From positions 32,001 through 96,000 of the forward strand of contig JBNKUM010000008.1 of NCBI GenBank assembly GCA_050298595.1: a stretch of DNA of 64,000 nucleotides, given 5' to 3'. Under the pieces are notes generated by a model. It was not told the origin of the DNA and made no database searches. It saw only the letters and a list, made by a program, of their open reading frames with translations. A program made the translations under genes and the position numbers. Shown one piece after another: positions 38,198 through 49,358 of this stretch (the first letter of the stretch is position 1; each line of letters begins with the position of its first letter). Origin of the DNA: Gammaproteobacteria bacterium. GTDB taxonomy: Bacteria > Pseudomonadota > Gammaproteobacteria > GCA-001735895.

Positions 38198-38861
38198 CTT
38201 TATCCTCCTGCCGTTCACCACCCAGTACCGAAGCCGCCAACGATTGCAGACGATTCTCCAGTGTGGCATTGATCACCGATTTATCTGCTGTGATTTCACA
38301 GCCTCCTCGGCTGATCATACGATTTTCCAGTATTTTCCAGCTTTGCTCTTCTTCATTCTCATCCAGCTGTAAGATTTTACGTACCAGAGCGGCATCTTCA
38401 GGGTGTAGAGAGATTTTTATCTTACGGGAGCTGGCAGGCAGCAACTGGATAGATTCGCGGATGACACCGATGATTTCGCCCGGCTCAGCTCGAATTTCTC
38501 GTTTTACCAGCTGTTGCGCCAAAGTCACAGCTAATATCGATAGTTGCTGTTCAACTTCTTCATTCAGTGATTGCAATGGGGATTCAAAAAAATTAATCAG
38601 ACTCAGTAAGCGTTGTTGGAGTTGAGTATTTTCCTGCTCGGCTTTTTTCAGTCCTGCCTGATAGCCTTCTTCCTCAGCCTGTTGATGCCAGCGCTCGATT
38701 TCTTCGGCGGTTGGGATATTAGTATCTTCTGAATCTGGATCAGGCTGGGGTTTGTTTTCGTCACGAAAAACCTGAGAAGATTCTGAATCGACCGATGGTA
38801 AATGCCACTTTTCTACCGGCATTTCTGAAATATTGCGAAATTTGCCGTTATTGGTAGACAT
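38175..38861 (-). CDS. fliH: Flagellar assembly protein FliH
   Basis: [18 protein letters not shown]; between fliG and fliI. Confidence 0.93.
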
Positions 38862-38893
38862 ACGAATCGCCTGAAATTAGATCGACATTAAGG

Positions 38894-39904
38894 TTAAACC
38901 ATTTCTTCACCAGCACCACCCAGATTCAGCTCTCCTGATTCTTCCAGACCACGAGCAATAGTAAGAATTTCTTTCTGGGCCGCTTCCACTTCACTCAGTC
39001 TAACAGGTCCTTTAGCTTCCATATCTTCAATCAGCATTTCAGCCGCACGTGAGGACATATTTTTGAGGAATTTCTGCTGGAATTCTTCATCCACGCCTTT
39101 CAATGCCAGAGTCAGTAGATCGGTAGAGACCTCGCGCAGCAGGGTTTGAATACCCCTGTCATCAACATCACGCAGATTATCGAATACAAACATCAGATCC
39201 TGTATGCGAGTGGCAAGATCTTCATTTTCTACACGGACCTGATCCATCATTACGCCCTCAATTGATGAGTCGATAAAATTCAGGATATCAGCCGCCGTTT
39301 TTTCACCACCAACCATGGATGACTTAACGTTATCATTGTCAGTGAAATATTTTTCCATAATCGAATCCAGTTCCTTAACCGCCGCAGGCTGAACCCCCTC
39401 CAGGGTTGCAATACGCATCAGGATCCCAGCACGGGTATTTTCTGGCAGATTGCTTAATACCGATGCAGCGCTATCCGGCTCAAGATAAGATAATACGATA
39501 GCGATAATCTGTGGGTGTTCAAGACGAATGATTTCAGCAATCGATTTAGGATCCATCCACTTCAGTGCTTCCAGGCCATTACTACCGCTCCCCATCAGGA
39601 TACGGTCAATCACATTGCCCGCTTTATCACCCAAAGCCTTTTCCAGCATGCCACGGATGTAGGTATCGTTACCTATGCCTAGAGCGGTCTGAGTTTCCAG
39701 TTGTTCCAGGAAATCGTCAATAACGTACTCAACCATTGGTCGGGATATATTCTGAACTCCCGACATAGCAGCACCAACCACCTGAACCTGTTTGGGATTC
39801 ATGTGTTGCAGGATTTGCGCTGCAACATCTTCACCCAACGTCAACAATAGTAAGGCAGCCTTATCCAGCCCTGACATTTTGGGTATTGTAACTTCAGTTG
39901 CCAT
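38894..39904 (-). CDS. fliG: Flagellar motor switch protein FliG
   Basis: KAALLLLTLG, EHPQIIA, MFVFDNL, NMSSRAA, GPVRLSEVE. Confidence 0.97.
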   Translation of the reverse strand: MATEVTIPKMSGLDKAALLLLTLGEDVAAQILQHMNPKQVQVVGAAMSGVQNISRPMVEYVIDDFLEQLETQTALGIGNDTYIRGMLEKALGDKAGNVIDRILMGSGSNGLEALKWMDPKSIAEIIRLEHPQIIAIVLSYLEPDSAASVLSNLPENTRAGILMRIATLEGVQPAAVKELDSIMEKYFTDNDNVKSSMVGGEKTAADILNFIDSSIEGVMMDQVRVENEDLATRIQDLMFVFDNLRDVDDRGIQTLLREVSTDLLTLALKGVDEEFQQKFLKNMSSRAAEMLIEDMEAKGPVRLSEVEAAQKEILTIARGLEESGELNLGGAGEEMV

Positions 39905-39915
39905 GATTCATTCTA

Positions 39916-41652
39916 TTATTCATTAGAAATCCAGTTATTCACCACATTAGCCACCCTGGCCGGGTCATCCATCACCAAAGTTTTTGCCATACTGACCTTT
40001 TGTTCATGTGTTGCATCGCTACGACGTATCATCGCAGCGGTATTCTCGGACTCATTACCCAATTGCATTCCAGATCCCGATATAGATCTGGGGCCAGCTA
40101 ATTCACCACCATAGTCAGCACCACCCCGACCAGATGATCTATCTGAACCACCTTCTTCATTATCGCCACCCTGTTCAGCCTCGACGCGACCCAGGCTCAG
40201 CGATCTGAGAAATGGCCGACCAAATACCAGATAAACAATCAGCAATCCTATAGCTCCTAAAATCTGTTTAGCAAGCGTGACAATCCAGCTTTCATTGAGC
40301 AGGCTTCTCCACGCTGGAACCTCTTCTAGTTTGACCTCGATAGGTACAAAAGGTTGATTAATGACACTAACGGTGTCTCCACGATTCTGATTGAAACCGA
40401 TGGTTTCTTTCACCAGACTTTCAAACCTGGCTATGTCTTCATCGGTGTAAGCTGTTTTTTCAGTGGTACCGTCATCTTTCAAGGTGGTTTTCGAGTCAAT
40501 CAATACCGCTACCGACAGGCGTTGAATACTGCCCGAAGGATTACGTGTATGACTGATCATTCGATCAACCTCAAAATTACGTGTAGCACTTCGATTCTGC
40601 GTAGCGGGCAATTGGCTGCTGGTATCTGCAGCTTGCGTAGCATTCGGATCGAGGGTTCCTAAGCCAGGAGGCTGATTACTGAGAGCCCCCGGAATCCCCT
40701 GCGCTGCGGCCAGATCGCGCATTTCCTGTTCATTGACTTGTTCGCTACGAATCACACTACGCTCGGGATCATAGGCTTCACGGGTAGATTCAATCTGAGA
40801 GAAATCCAGCGAGGCTGATACCTGAGCATTCACCTTACCGTCACCAATAATGGGTTGCAACAACTGTATGATGCGCTCGGCATAGCTATCTTCCAGTTTT
40901 CGGGTGTATTCGAATTGCTTACTGGTTTGCGCCATATCACTGTTTTCATCGGCGGTTAGTAAGCGACCGAACTGATCTACCACAGTGACCTGGGCTATAT
41001 CCATCATGGGGATACTGGCCGCCACCATATGCACGATGGCATCCACCTGCCCCTGATTCAGGCGTCGACCTGAATAAAGTTTGGTGACTACTGAGGCACT
41101 GGGTTTAGTGCGATTGCGGATAAATATGGATTGTTTGGGTAAAGCCAGATGAACTCTGGCCTGCTCAACACTACGAATAGATTCAATGGAACGTGCAAGC
41201 TCGGTTTCCAAAGCATGATTGTAGCGCGCAGACTCGATGAATTGACTGGTACCAAGTCCCTGATCCTGCTGTAGCATTTCCAGACCTTTGGTGGTTCCCT
41301 GAGGCAAGCCAACAGCAGCCAATTTCAAACGCGCTTCGGCGAGCTTACTTTGAGGCACTATGATACTGCCGCCATTTTCAATCTTATACTCAATCTGATT
41401 GGCAGTGAGCACATTGGCAATCTCAGATGCATCCTGGCCGGATACATTACTATATAAAGGCGCATAATTAGGTTCGAAAGACCATAACACCACCACGGTA
41501 CCAATCGCCACGGCCATGGCTAGACCAATCAGCCGTCCAAAATGACGAACCACATGGGACTGCATGAAGTTATCGATCGGATTATTGCCAGATCTTCCCA
41601 TTGTAGTACCAGATTGCGCTAGCATCTGCTTGTCTGTAGTTGCATCAGCCAT
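39916..41652 (-). CDS. fliF: Flagellar M-ring protein FliF
   Basis: ALETELARSI, ARVHLALP, GIPGALSNQPP, TRNFEVDR, RLSVAV. Confidence 0.96.
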   Translation of the reverse strand: MADATTDKQMLAQSGTTMGRSGNNPIDNFMQSHVVRHFGRLIGLAMAVAIGTVVVLWSFEPNYAPLYSNVSGQDASEIANVLTANQIEYKIENGGSIIVPQSKLAEARLKLAAVGLPQGTTKGLEMLQQDQGLGTSQFIESARYNHALETELARSIESIRSVEQARVHLALPKQSIFIRNRTKPSASVVTKLYSGRRLNQGQVDAIVHMVAASIPMMDIAQVTVVDQFGRLLTADENSDMAQTSKQFEYTRKLEDSYAERIIQLLQPIIGDGKVNAQVSASLDFSQIESTREAYDPERSVIRSEQVNEQEMRDLAAAQGIPGALSNQPPGLGTLDPNATQAADTSSQLPATQNRSATRNFEVDRMISHTRNPSGSIQRLSVAVLIDSKTTLKDDGTTEKTAYTDEDIARFESLVKETIGFNQNRGDTVSVINQPFVPIEVKLEEVPAWRSLLNESWIVTLAKQILGAIGLLIVYLVFGRPFLRSLSLGRVEAEQGGDNEEGGSDRSSGRGGADYGGELAGPRSISGSGMQLGNESENTAAMIRRSDATHEQKVSMAKTLVMDDPARVANVVNNWISNE

Positions 41653-41672
41653 TGTTCATTACACCTTTCATC

Positions 41673-41996
41673 TTACACTGGCATATTCATAACGTCTTGA
41701 TAAGCAGTCAGTAACTTATTCCGAACCTCGGTCAAAGCCTGAAACGAGACACTGGATTTTTGCATTGCTATCATGACTTCAGCCAGATCCACATTGGGAT
41801 CGCCACGCTCCAGTGCTCTGCTCAGCTCTGCAGCTTTCATCTGCCCTTCATTAACCTGATCTATCGCTTTTTGCATCATGTCAGCGAAACTGCCCGTACC
41901 ATCGGTAACGGGAGTCGCTTCCTGCATTGGTTTGTTGCTAGCCAATGCCTCGATGGATCGCATTTGGTTCAATACCATATTAATATTGTTATTCAT
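41673..41996 (-). CDS. fliE: Flagellar hook-basal body protein FliE
   Basis: VMIAMQKSS, VRNKLLTAYQDVMNMPV. Confidence 0.96.
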   Translation of the reverse strand: MNNNINMVLNQMRSIEALASNKPMQEATPVTDGTGSFADMMQKAIDQVNEGQMKAAELSRALERGDPNVDLAEVMIAMQKSSVSFQALTEVRNKLLTAYQDVMNMPV

Positions 41997-42010
41997 GGTG
42001 TCTATCCATT

Positions 42011-42024
42011 GTCAACTTCTTGAC
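42011..42024. promoter_or_regulatory. FleQ/FlrA-like box in the fliE leader
   Basis: GTCAA-CTTC-TTGAC palindrome between the sigma54 promoter and the fliE ATG. Confidence 0.55.
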
Positions 42025-42133
42025 GCAATTTTCAAAGTTACTCATTCACAACAGCGCCTGACCAGGCCCTTTCATCTGTTTTTTGACTCTTTTCAGTAAA
42101 AGCTGCTGTTGACTGGCTCATGTATTCTGACTT

Positions 42134-42149
42134 TGCAACTATCAGGCCA
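42134..42149 (-). promoter_or_regulatory. Sigma54 promoter of the fliE operon
   Basis: Minus strand TGGCCTGATAGTTGCA (GG-N10-GC). Confidence 0.7.
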
Positions 42150-42318
42150 AACAGCCAGGATATTGATAAACGAAGGAGGGGCTGCGACTATAAAGCTTAA
42201 TTTAGTCTTGAAGTATATGAGTTGGAGAATGTAACCGGATTACGCCTTTCAGGCGTGGCACATGAGTTGAAATCTAGTGCCAGACAATATTGGTAAGGCG
42301 GAATAGCGGGCTATTCCA

Positions 42319-42664
42319 GGGAGTTACAAAGCTTCCGCGTCCTGCTCACGCCCCTTACCTATGTCCCTATAGGCAAGGCTTCCGCGTCCTGCTCACGCCC
42401 CTTACCTATGTCCCTATAGGCAACACAGAGATACACCACTGCAAACGTGCAATTCAGCTCGTAGCGGCATTCACCTGTTGGATTTTCAGCATGGATGCTG
42501 TTATTTCGCGAATGTATGGACGCCTACATGGACGTAGGTGGTAGAGCGAAGCAGGAAGCCAGAGCCGATGCATAGGAGCGTGAAAAGACAAATAAATGGT
42601 AATGGTTTACGAAACAGTGGGTTACCCTCTAACGTGAGCGGTCAACTGCGGAATCCAGGTTCAA
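42319..42664. mobile_element. MITE-like modular repeat, copy 2 (left end replaced, internal 47-bp tandem duplication)
   Basis: Colinear with 5281-5579; identical right end GAGCGGTCAACTGCGGAATCCAGGTTCAA; 42331-42376 repeated exactly at 42378-42423. Confidence 0.85.
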
Positions 42665-42687
42665 AACCCTGCACTGGAAGAAAATAC

Positions 42688-43083
42688 TCAGCGTTCCTGA
42701 ACCTCAACCGCGTTGCCGTCAGGGTCGCGGAAAAATATGGCTCTACGACCCGATTTACTATGCGTGTAATCAATGTAATATTTTTCCAGACGTTCGATGA
42801 GAGCATTCATATCGCTGGTAATCAAACACACATGTCGGTCTCGACCACCGTGTTCAGGGCGATCTTCTACCGGGTCGGGGTTGCTGAGTTTAAGACAATG
42901 TATCGCCTGCTGCCCCACCTTAAACCAGAGCCCTTCAAAAACCATTTCAGGTCGTGAGGTGTCTTCTTCCAGCCCCAGGACCTTGTTATAAAAGTGACGA
43001 CTTTTCTCAAGGTCAGAAATAATCACACTGTGGTGATCAATGCCGGAAAAATGCCCGCAAAAAGGTAATTCTGATGTCGCCAT
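42688..43083 (-). CDS. VOC / glyoxalase family protein
   Basis: IDHHSVII, FYNKVLGL, GRDRHVC, FFRDPDGNAVE. Confidence 0.9.
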   Translation of the reverse strand: MATSELPFCGHFSGIDHHSVIISDLEKSRHFYNKVLGLEEDTSRPEMVFEGLWFKVGQQAIHCLKLSNPDPVEDRPEHGGRDRHVCLITSDMNALIERLEKYYIDYTHSKSGRRAIFFRDPDGNAVEVQER

Positions 43084-43148
43084 ATGTCCTCTGTGATCAT
43101 GCTGCGCTTATCGCTATAATACCCGCCTCTATACATCATGCCCAGACT

Positions 43149-44348
43149 ATGAATCCAGATTTATTGAAGTTAAACCCCTATCCATTTGAAAAACTTGCGC
43201 AACTTAAGGGCCAGGTTATGCCTCCCGAGCATCTGGATCATATCTCCCTTTCCATCGGCGAACCCAAACATGCGGCACCTCATATCGCGGTAGAGCAACT
43301 GATCACTCACACTCACCTGTTATCCAATTACCCGACCACTCGTGGTAGTGATGCGCTGCGTGAAGCTATAGCTGGATGGTTAAATCGTCGATATCAATTG
43401 AAAACCTATATTGATAGTGCAACCCAGGTAATTCCTGTTAACGGCACACGCGAAGCCCTGTTTGCATTCGCCCAGTGCGTAGTAGACCGCTCACAACACA
43501 ACGCGCTGGTGATGATGCCTAACCCGTTTTACCAGATATACGAAGGTGCTGCACTACTGGCCGGGGCTACTCCGGTATTTATGAATTGCACCGAAGAAAA
43601 TAACTTTCTGCCTGATCTGGATGCCATTAGCGACCAGCAGTGGCAAGATTGCCAGCTAATCTATATCTGTAACCCTGGTAACCCGACTGGAGCCGTGATG
43701 CCAGTTGAGTACCTGCAGAAACTCATCAAACTGGCACATCAACATGATTTCATCATTGCCAGCGATGAATGCTATTCAGAGATCTATTTTGACGAAAATA
43801 TGGCTCCTCCAGGCCTGCTGGCAGCCGCTGCTGCCATGGGGATAGATGATTACCAGCACTGCGTGGTTTTCCATAGCCTCTCCAAACGGTCTAACCTGCC
43901 CGGTATGCGTTCAGGTTTTGTGGCTGGTGATACCAGCATTCTCAAACAGTTTTTACTCTATCGAACCTATCATGGTTGCGCGATGCCACCTATGACGCAA
44001 TCTGCCAGTATCAGTGCATGGAATGATGAACTGCATGTAATTGAAAACCGTAATCTGTATCGATTAAAATTTGACGCCGTCATCGAGTTACTTTCTGGTA
44101 AAATGCCGCTGCTTCGTCCAGATGCAGGGTTTTATCTTTGGGCCAAAACCCCTATCCCAGATACAGATTTTGCTCAACAGCTGTATGCTCAGCAAAATAT
44201 CACAGTATTACCGGGACAATACCTGTCACGCACTGTAGATGGGTTTAACCCTGGAAGCAACTATGTGCGCATGGCCCTAGTTGCCCCGCTTGACGAATGC
44301 CGCGATGCTGCAATAAGAATTGGGGAATTTTATTCAACACTCGAATAA
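43149..44348 (+). CDS. dapC: Succinyldiaminopimelate transaminase
   Basis: MNPDLLKLNPYPFEKL, PNPFYQIYEGA, SDECYSE, SLSKRSNLPGMRSG; upstream of dapD. Confidence 0.93.
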   Translation: MNPDLLKLNPYPFEKLAQLKGQVMPPEHLDHISLSIGEPKHAAPHIAVEQLITHTHLLSNYPTTRGSDALREAIAGWLNRRYQLKTYIDSATQVIPVNGTREALFAFAQCVVDRSQHNALVMMPNPFYQIYEGAALLAGATPVFMNCTEENNFLPDLDAISDQQWQDCQLIYICNPGNPTGAVMPVEYLQKLIKLAHQHDFIIASDECYSEIYFDENMAPPGLLAAAAAMGIDDYQHCVVFHSLSKRSNLPGMRSGFVAGDTSILKQFLLYRTYHGCAMPPMTQSASISAWNDELHVIENRNLYRLKFDAVIELLSGKMPLLRPDAGFYLWAKTPIPDTDFAQQLYAQQNITVLPGQYLSRTVDGFNPGSNYVRMALVAPLDECRDAAIRIGEFYSTLE

Positions 44349-44461
44349 AAACCGCAGCGTACAAACTAATTGAAAGACAATGTAGATCTGGCGCTAAGCA
44401 TTAGCACCACTCACATTATTAACGTATAAATATTCGAACAACATAAACTTAGGAGACATCA

Positions 44462-45286
44462 ATGTCCGACATTCAGGCCATTATTGAACAAGCTTTTGAT
44501 CGCCGTGCTGACATAACACCACATAACGTAGAACCCCTGGTAAAAGATGCCGTCTACAAAGCCATCGATTTACTTGATACTGGCAAAGCGCGTGTAGCTG
44601 AGCCAGTTGAAGGTGGCTGGCAGGTGAATGAATGGCTGAAAAAAGCGGTATTGCTGTCATTCCGCATTGAAGATAACCAGGTTATGAAGGGTGGCTTTAA
44701 CAATTATTACGACAAGGTACAGTCCAAATTCAGCGATATGAATTCAACTGATTTCCGCGAAAGTGGTGTTCGTGTAGTGCCACCTGCAACCGCTCGTAAG
44801 GGTGCTTTTATAGCTCCTGGTGTTGTGCTAATGCCTTCCTACGTCAATATTGGGGCCTATGTGGATAGTGGTACCATGGTCGATACCTGGGCCACCGTTG
44901 GCTCCTGTGCTCAGATTGGTAAGAATGTCCATCTATCCGGTGGTGTTGGCATTGGTGGTGTGCTGGAGCCATTACAGGCATCACCTACCATCATCGAAGA
45001 TAACTGCTTCATCGGTGCTCGTTCTGAAGTAGTAGAAGGTGTTATTGTGGAGAAAAACTCTGTCATCTCCATGGGTGTATATATTGGCCAGAGCACCAAG
45101 ATCTATAATCGTGAGACTGATGAAGTCACCTATGGTCGTATTCCTGCTGGTTCGGTTGTGGTTTCAGGCAACCTGCCTTCGGACAATAGGAAGTACAGCC
45201 TTTACTGTGCAGTCATCGTGAAACAGGTTGATGAAAAGACCCGTTCTAAAGTGGGCATCAACGAACTGCTTCGAGACATCAAATAA
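44462..45286 (+). CDS. dapD: Tetrahydrodipicolinate N-succinyltransferase
   Basis: [34 protein letters not shown]. Confidence 0.97.
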   Translation: MSDIQAIIEQAFDRRADITPHNVEPLVKDAVYKAIDLLDTGKARVAEPVEGGWQVNEWLKKAVLLSFRIEDNQVMKGGFNNYYDKVQSKFSDMNSTDFRESGVRVVPPATARKGAFIAPGVVLMPSYVNIGAYVDSGTMVDTWATVGSCAQIGKNVHLSGGVGIGGVLEPLQASPTIIEDNCFIGARSEVVEGVIVEKNSVISMGVYIGQSTKIYNRETDEVTYGRIPAGSVVVSGNLPSDNRKYSLYCAVIVKQVDEKTRSKVGINELLRDIK

Positions 45287-45648
45287 TGTCGCAAAAGATG
45301 CCCATAATGTATGGCATCGCCAACTGTGACACGATCAAGAAAGCCCGTCATTGGATGTCTCAAAACGAAATTGATTACCAGTTTCACGACTATAAAAAGC
45401 TGGGTACCGATGAGGATCAGCTCAAAAGCTGGATCGCTGAATTCGGCTGGGAAAAGATAATCAATAAGCGCGGCACCAGTTGGCGCAAACTGGATGAGTC
45501 TATGCGTAACAGCATGGACGATTCCAGTGCTTTGGCCGTGATGCAGGAAAACCCATCGATCATCAAACGGCCTTTACTTGAAACAGGCCAGTGTCGCATT
45601 CTGGGTTTTAACGAAGCTGAATATGCAAAGGTTTTACTCTCATCATGA
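45286..45648 (+). CDS. ArsC/Spx-family protein (YffB-like)
   Basis: [27 protein letters not shown]; usual position before dapE. Confidence 0.9.
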   Translation: MSQKMPIMYGIANCDTIKKARHWMSQNEIDYQFHDYKKLGTDEDQLKSWIAEFGWEKIINKRGTSWRKLDESMRNSMDDSSALAVMQENPSIIKRPLLETGQCRILGFNEAEYAKVLLSS

Positions 45649-46775
45649 CCTCTAATACTGTTGAGCTAGCGATACAGCTACTGTCGATTGATTCGGTAAC
45701 CCCTGACGATAAAGGCTGCCAGCAGATACTCAGTGATCGACTGGAAAAAATTGGTTTTAACTGTGAAATCATGCAGTTTGGTGAAGTAACTAACCTTTGG
45801 GCTCGCCGTGGTCAAAAGGGGCCCGTTCTGGCCTTTGCAGGACATACCGATGTAGTGCCGACCGGCCCTCTTGATAAATGGCATAGTGACCCGTTTAACC
45901 CTGAAATCAGGGATGGTTATTTATATGCTCGGGGTGCAGCTGATATGAAATCGAGTATCGCCTGTATGATTACCGCCTGTGAACGATTTATTGCGGAACA
46001 CCCTGAGCATGATGGCTCCATCGCTTTTTTGATCACCAGTGATGAAGAAGGCCCCGCTATCGATGGTACGGTTAAGGTAATTCAAACCCTGGAAGATAGA
46101 AATGAAAAAATCGACTGGGCATTGGTGGGAGAGCCATCAAGCCTTGAGCACGTGGGGGATGTAGTCAAAAATGGACGTCGCGGCTCTCTGGGGGCCCAGT
46201 TAATCGTTAAGGGTATACAGGGGCATGTGGCTTACCCTCATCTGGCAAAAAACCCTATTCACCTGGTCAGCCCAGCACTGGCCGAACTGACATCGATTGA
46301 ATGGGACCAGGGTAATGAATTCTTCCCCGCCACCAGCTTACAGATATCTAATATTCACTCTGGCACGGGAGCGACCAATGTTATTCCTGGTGAAGTGGTG
46401 ATAGACTTCAATCTTCGTTTTTCAACCTGCCTGACTCCAGAACAAATCCAGCATCAGGTCATTACCATACTTGATCGCCACCAGCTTGATTATCAAATCG
46501 AATGGAATCTTTCAGGCCTGCCATTTTTGACCGCAGAGGGTGCACTGGTCGAAGCCGCAAAGAAAGCCATTTTAGAATCTACCGGTCTGAATACAGAACT
46601 ATCCACCGCTGGCGGGACTTCAGATGGCCGTTTCATTGCACCAACAGGCGCTCAGGTACTGGAACTGGGGCCGGTGAATGAAAGTATTCACAAGATAAAT
46701 GAAAACGTTAAGGTAGATGACATAAACACGCTCAGTGAGATATATCAGAAAATGCTAGAGAATTTATTACAATAA
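45645..46775 (+). CDS. dapE: Succinyl-diaminopimelate desuccinylase
   Basis: [42 protein letters not shown]. Confidence 0.97.
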   Translation: MTSNTVELAIQLLSIDSVTPDDKGCQQILSDRLEKIGFNCEIMQFGEVTNLWARRGQKGPVLAFAGHTDVVPTGPLDKWHSDPFNPEIRDGYLYARGAADMKSSIACMITACERFIAEHPEHDGSIAFLITSDEEGPAIDGTVKVIQTLEDRNEKIDWALVGEPSSLEHVGDVVKNGRRGSLGAQLIVKGIQGHVAYPHLAKNPIHLVSPALAELTSIEWDQGNEFFPATSLQISNIHSGTGATNVIPGEVVIDFNLRFSTCLTPEQIQHQVITILDRHQLDYQIEWNLSGLPFLTAEGALVEAAKKAILESTGLNTELSTAGGTSDGRFIAPTGAQVLELGPVNESIHKINENVKVDDINTLSEIYQKMLENLLQ

Positions 46776-46824
46776 ATTGGATGGTAACAAAACCGTAAAT
46801 CGAATATAGGTTGAGATCCCGTAA

Positions 46825-49341
46825 ATGAGACTATTGAAATATCTACCTGGACTCGACTCCTATCGCGGAAGATATCTCTACCTAAGTGCTCTGGCGTTTA
46901 TTATTTTCTGTTCATTTTCTGTGATCAACTGGAATTATATTAATCAATCCAGCCAGCTCACTCGACAGAACATCATAAAACGCAATATAAACACCCAAGC
47001 CCTGAATGAAATCACCAATCAATATCAGCTGATCAGAATTCAGATTTATCAATTCAGTTTAAACCCTGAACAGCTTAATCCAGTAACCATAAATGAGTCG
47101 ACCTCCCGATTAATTGAACTAACCTCGAATATCGATATCATGCTTTATGATGATATTGACGCTGAAGTTTTGAATGATTTCATTTTCCAGATTCCAGCTG
47201 ATTTACATACTTCAGTGCTGAATTTTTTGAAAATGAGAACTAATCCTGCTTTATGGATACCCGCAATACGAGTGATGACTGAGGAGTTATTGCCCGTCAA
47301 TACAAACATCATGCTCTTATTAGACGAGATGATTGAAAATTCAACAATAGATGATGAAAAATCACAGATACTAAAAATAAAATTACTTGAATTAAGGAAC
47401 AGTTGGCTGTCTAGCGTATCTGAATTTCGACTTCTTGCCGCTAATCGCATGGGCATCTATGATACCAGTCAAAACGGTATAAGTAGCAGAGTCACCAACA
47501 TCGATTTATATCTAAGCATTTCCACGAAAAAGCTCACAGAAATAGATCAACTATTGCTTAGACAAGATTCTAACTTTTTCAGAACAGGTTCATTTGATGA
47601 ATTAAAACAGAATATTCACAAGTGGATCGATATTCACGAAAAGGCTAAAAGTCTTTTGCTAGATAAAAACTGGCGTAGCGATATTCCAGTCCTGAAAAAA
47701 ATCGATTCACTACTAGATCAATTTCACGAAACTCTGGTCGCTCTGGGTATTGAACAACAAAAGAGGGCATCTCTAGACATTCAAAGTCTCAACGAAAACA
47801 ATCGGGCTTATTCACTTTTTTTTCTGATATTAGGCATCATGCTATTTATTGTTTTAATCATCATTTATTTTTATATGGATCGTAATGTATTAAAACCAAT
47901 TTCCCAGACTACAAGAGCTTTATTACACCAGGCCAAAGGCCTTTCACAGGAACTGCAATTAAAATTCCACACTTCTGAAACTCATGATTTGGTAGATGCC
48001 TTTAACCTGATGAGAGAACAAATTAATCAGCGTGAAAACCGTCTTGATTTTATAGCTCATCACGACAACCTGACCCACCTGCCCAACCGATTGATGTTTA
48101 ACGAGAGACTTGAACATGCCATAAAGCTCACGCAACGCGGTGAAAAACAGCTAGCTTTAATGTTACTCGATCTGGATCGATTTAAACTGGTGAATGATAC
48201 ACTGGGACATTTATTCGGCGATAAACTACTTCAGCAAACTGCACAACGACTACAGGAATGCATACGCTCTGAAGACACTATCGCGCGCCTGGGAGGAGAT
48301 GAATTTGCCATCATTCTGGAAAACGTTAATTCACAGGATGAGATCGACGCCTTTGCCAGAAAGATCATCAAACTATTTGAAGCACCTTTCTACATTGATG
48401 GACAGGAACTTCATATCTCAACCTCGATTGGCATTGCTTTATCTCCATTAAATAGCAGCGATATGAACACACTAACTCGATTCTCTGATATCGCCATGTA
48501 CGAATCCAAAACCAGAGGTCGAAATCAATACACTTATTTCAGCGATGACCTGGAAGACTCCGATGAATCGATAATAAATTTTGAAAACATGCTGCGTGAC
48601 GCCTTTAAGCAAGACCAGTTCGAACTATACTACCAATCGATTATTGATATCACAAATGAGAAACAGTTAATCTGTGAAGCCTTACTACGCTGGAATCACC
48701 CTGCTCGCGGTCTACTGATGCCAATTGATTTCATACCTGTACTAGATAATTCAGAACTCTTGTTTGAACTCACCTGTTATGTGATTAATCATGCTCAGAA
48801 CTTTCAGTCAAAAGTAATGGAGGAATTGGGTTTAGTACCTAATATTTCAATCAATTTATCCGCCAGCATTTTTCAACTGAAATATTACCGCAATAAACTC
48901 GAACAGATTTTTCTGAATAAAGTAAAGCGCCCTGAAAATTTTATATTAGAAGTAACAGAAAGCACTCTGATAACGGATATGGTTCATAGTGCACAGGTAT
49001 TGAAAAATCTGCATAACAAAGGATTCCGAATCGCCCTGGATGATTTTTGTAGCGGTCAATCGTCTTTGTCACTACTACGAGCATTTCCTATTGATACTAT
49101 CAAGATTGATCGTGAATTTATTCGTGATGTGATACGTGATCATGACGATGCGAACCTGGTCAGTGCTATTATTAGCCTTAGTCATAATATGGACATCTCT
49201 GTAATTGCCGAAGGCGTAGAAAACCAGCAGCAGTTTGACTTTTTAAGCGACAAAGGTTGCCATCTGTTTCAGGGGTACTATTTCTCAAGGCCTATAAGTG
49301 CAGATGAATATCTAAAAGTGCTGAAAAACCTTCCCGTTTAA
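46825..49341 (+). CDS. Membrane-anchored GGDEF-EAL protein with large periplasmic sensor domain
   Basis: Two TM segments, HAMP-like linker, HDNLTHLPNR, ARLGGDEF, CEALLRW, LDDFCSG. Confidence 0.92.
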   Translation: MRLLKYLPGLDSYRGRYLYLSALAFIIFCSFSVINWNYINQSSQLTRQNIIKRNINTQALNEITNQYQLIRIQIYQFSLNPEQLNPVTINESTSRLIELTSNIDIMLYDDIDAEVLNDFIFQIPADLHTSVLNFLKMRTNPALWIPAIRVMTEELLPVNTNIMLLLDEMIENSTIDDEKSQILKIKLLELRNSWLSSVSEFRLLAANRMGIYDTSQNGISSRVTNIDLYLSISTKKLTEIDQLLLRQDSNFFRTGSFDELKQNIHKWIDIHEKAKSLLLDKNWRSDIPVLKKIDSLLDQFHETLVALGIEQQKRASLDIQSLNENNRAYSLFFLILGIMLFIVLIIIYFYMDRNVLKPISQTTRALLHQAKGLSQELQLKFHTSETHDLVDAFNLMREQINQRENRLDFIAHHDNLTHLPNRLMFNERLEHAIKLTQRGEKQLALMLLDLDRFKLVNDTLGHLFGDKLLQQTAQRLQECIRSEDTIARLGGDEFAIILENVNSQDEIDAFARKIIKLFEAPFYIDGQELHISTSIGIALSPLNSSDMNTLTRFSDIAMYESKTRGRNQYTYFSDDLEDSDESIINFENMLRDAFKQDQFELYYQSIIDITNEKQLICEALLRWNHPARGLLMPIDFIPVLDNSELLFELTCYVINHAQNFQSKVMEELGLVPNISINLSASIFQLKYYRNKLEQIFLNKVKRPENFILEVTESTLITDMVHSAQVLKNLHNKGFRIALDDFCSGQSSLSLLRAFPIDTIKIDREFIRDVIRDHDDANLVSAIISLSHNMDISVIAEGVENQQQFDFLSDKGCHLFQGYYFSRPISADEYLKVLKNLPV

Positions 49342-49358
49342 GTCTGATATTTTACACA

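Noticed and set aside
42331-42423. Mini-CRISPR
   Set aside because: Only two units separated by 1 nt, no spacer, no cas genes
42290-42957. ORFs 42290-42544 and 42538-42957
   Set aside because: They are translations of the repeat element and the antisense of the VOC gene
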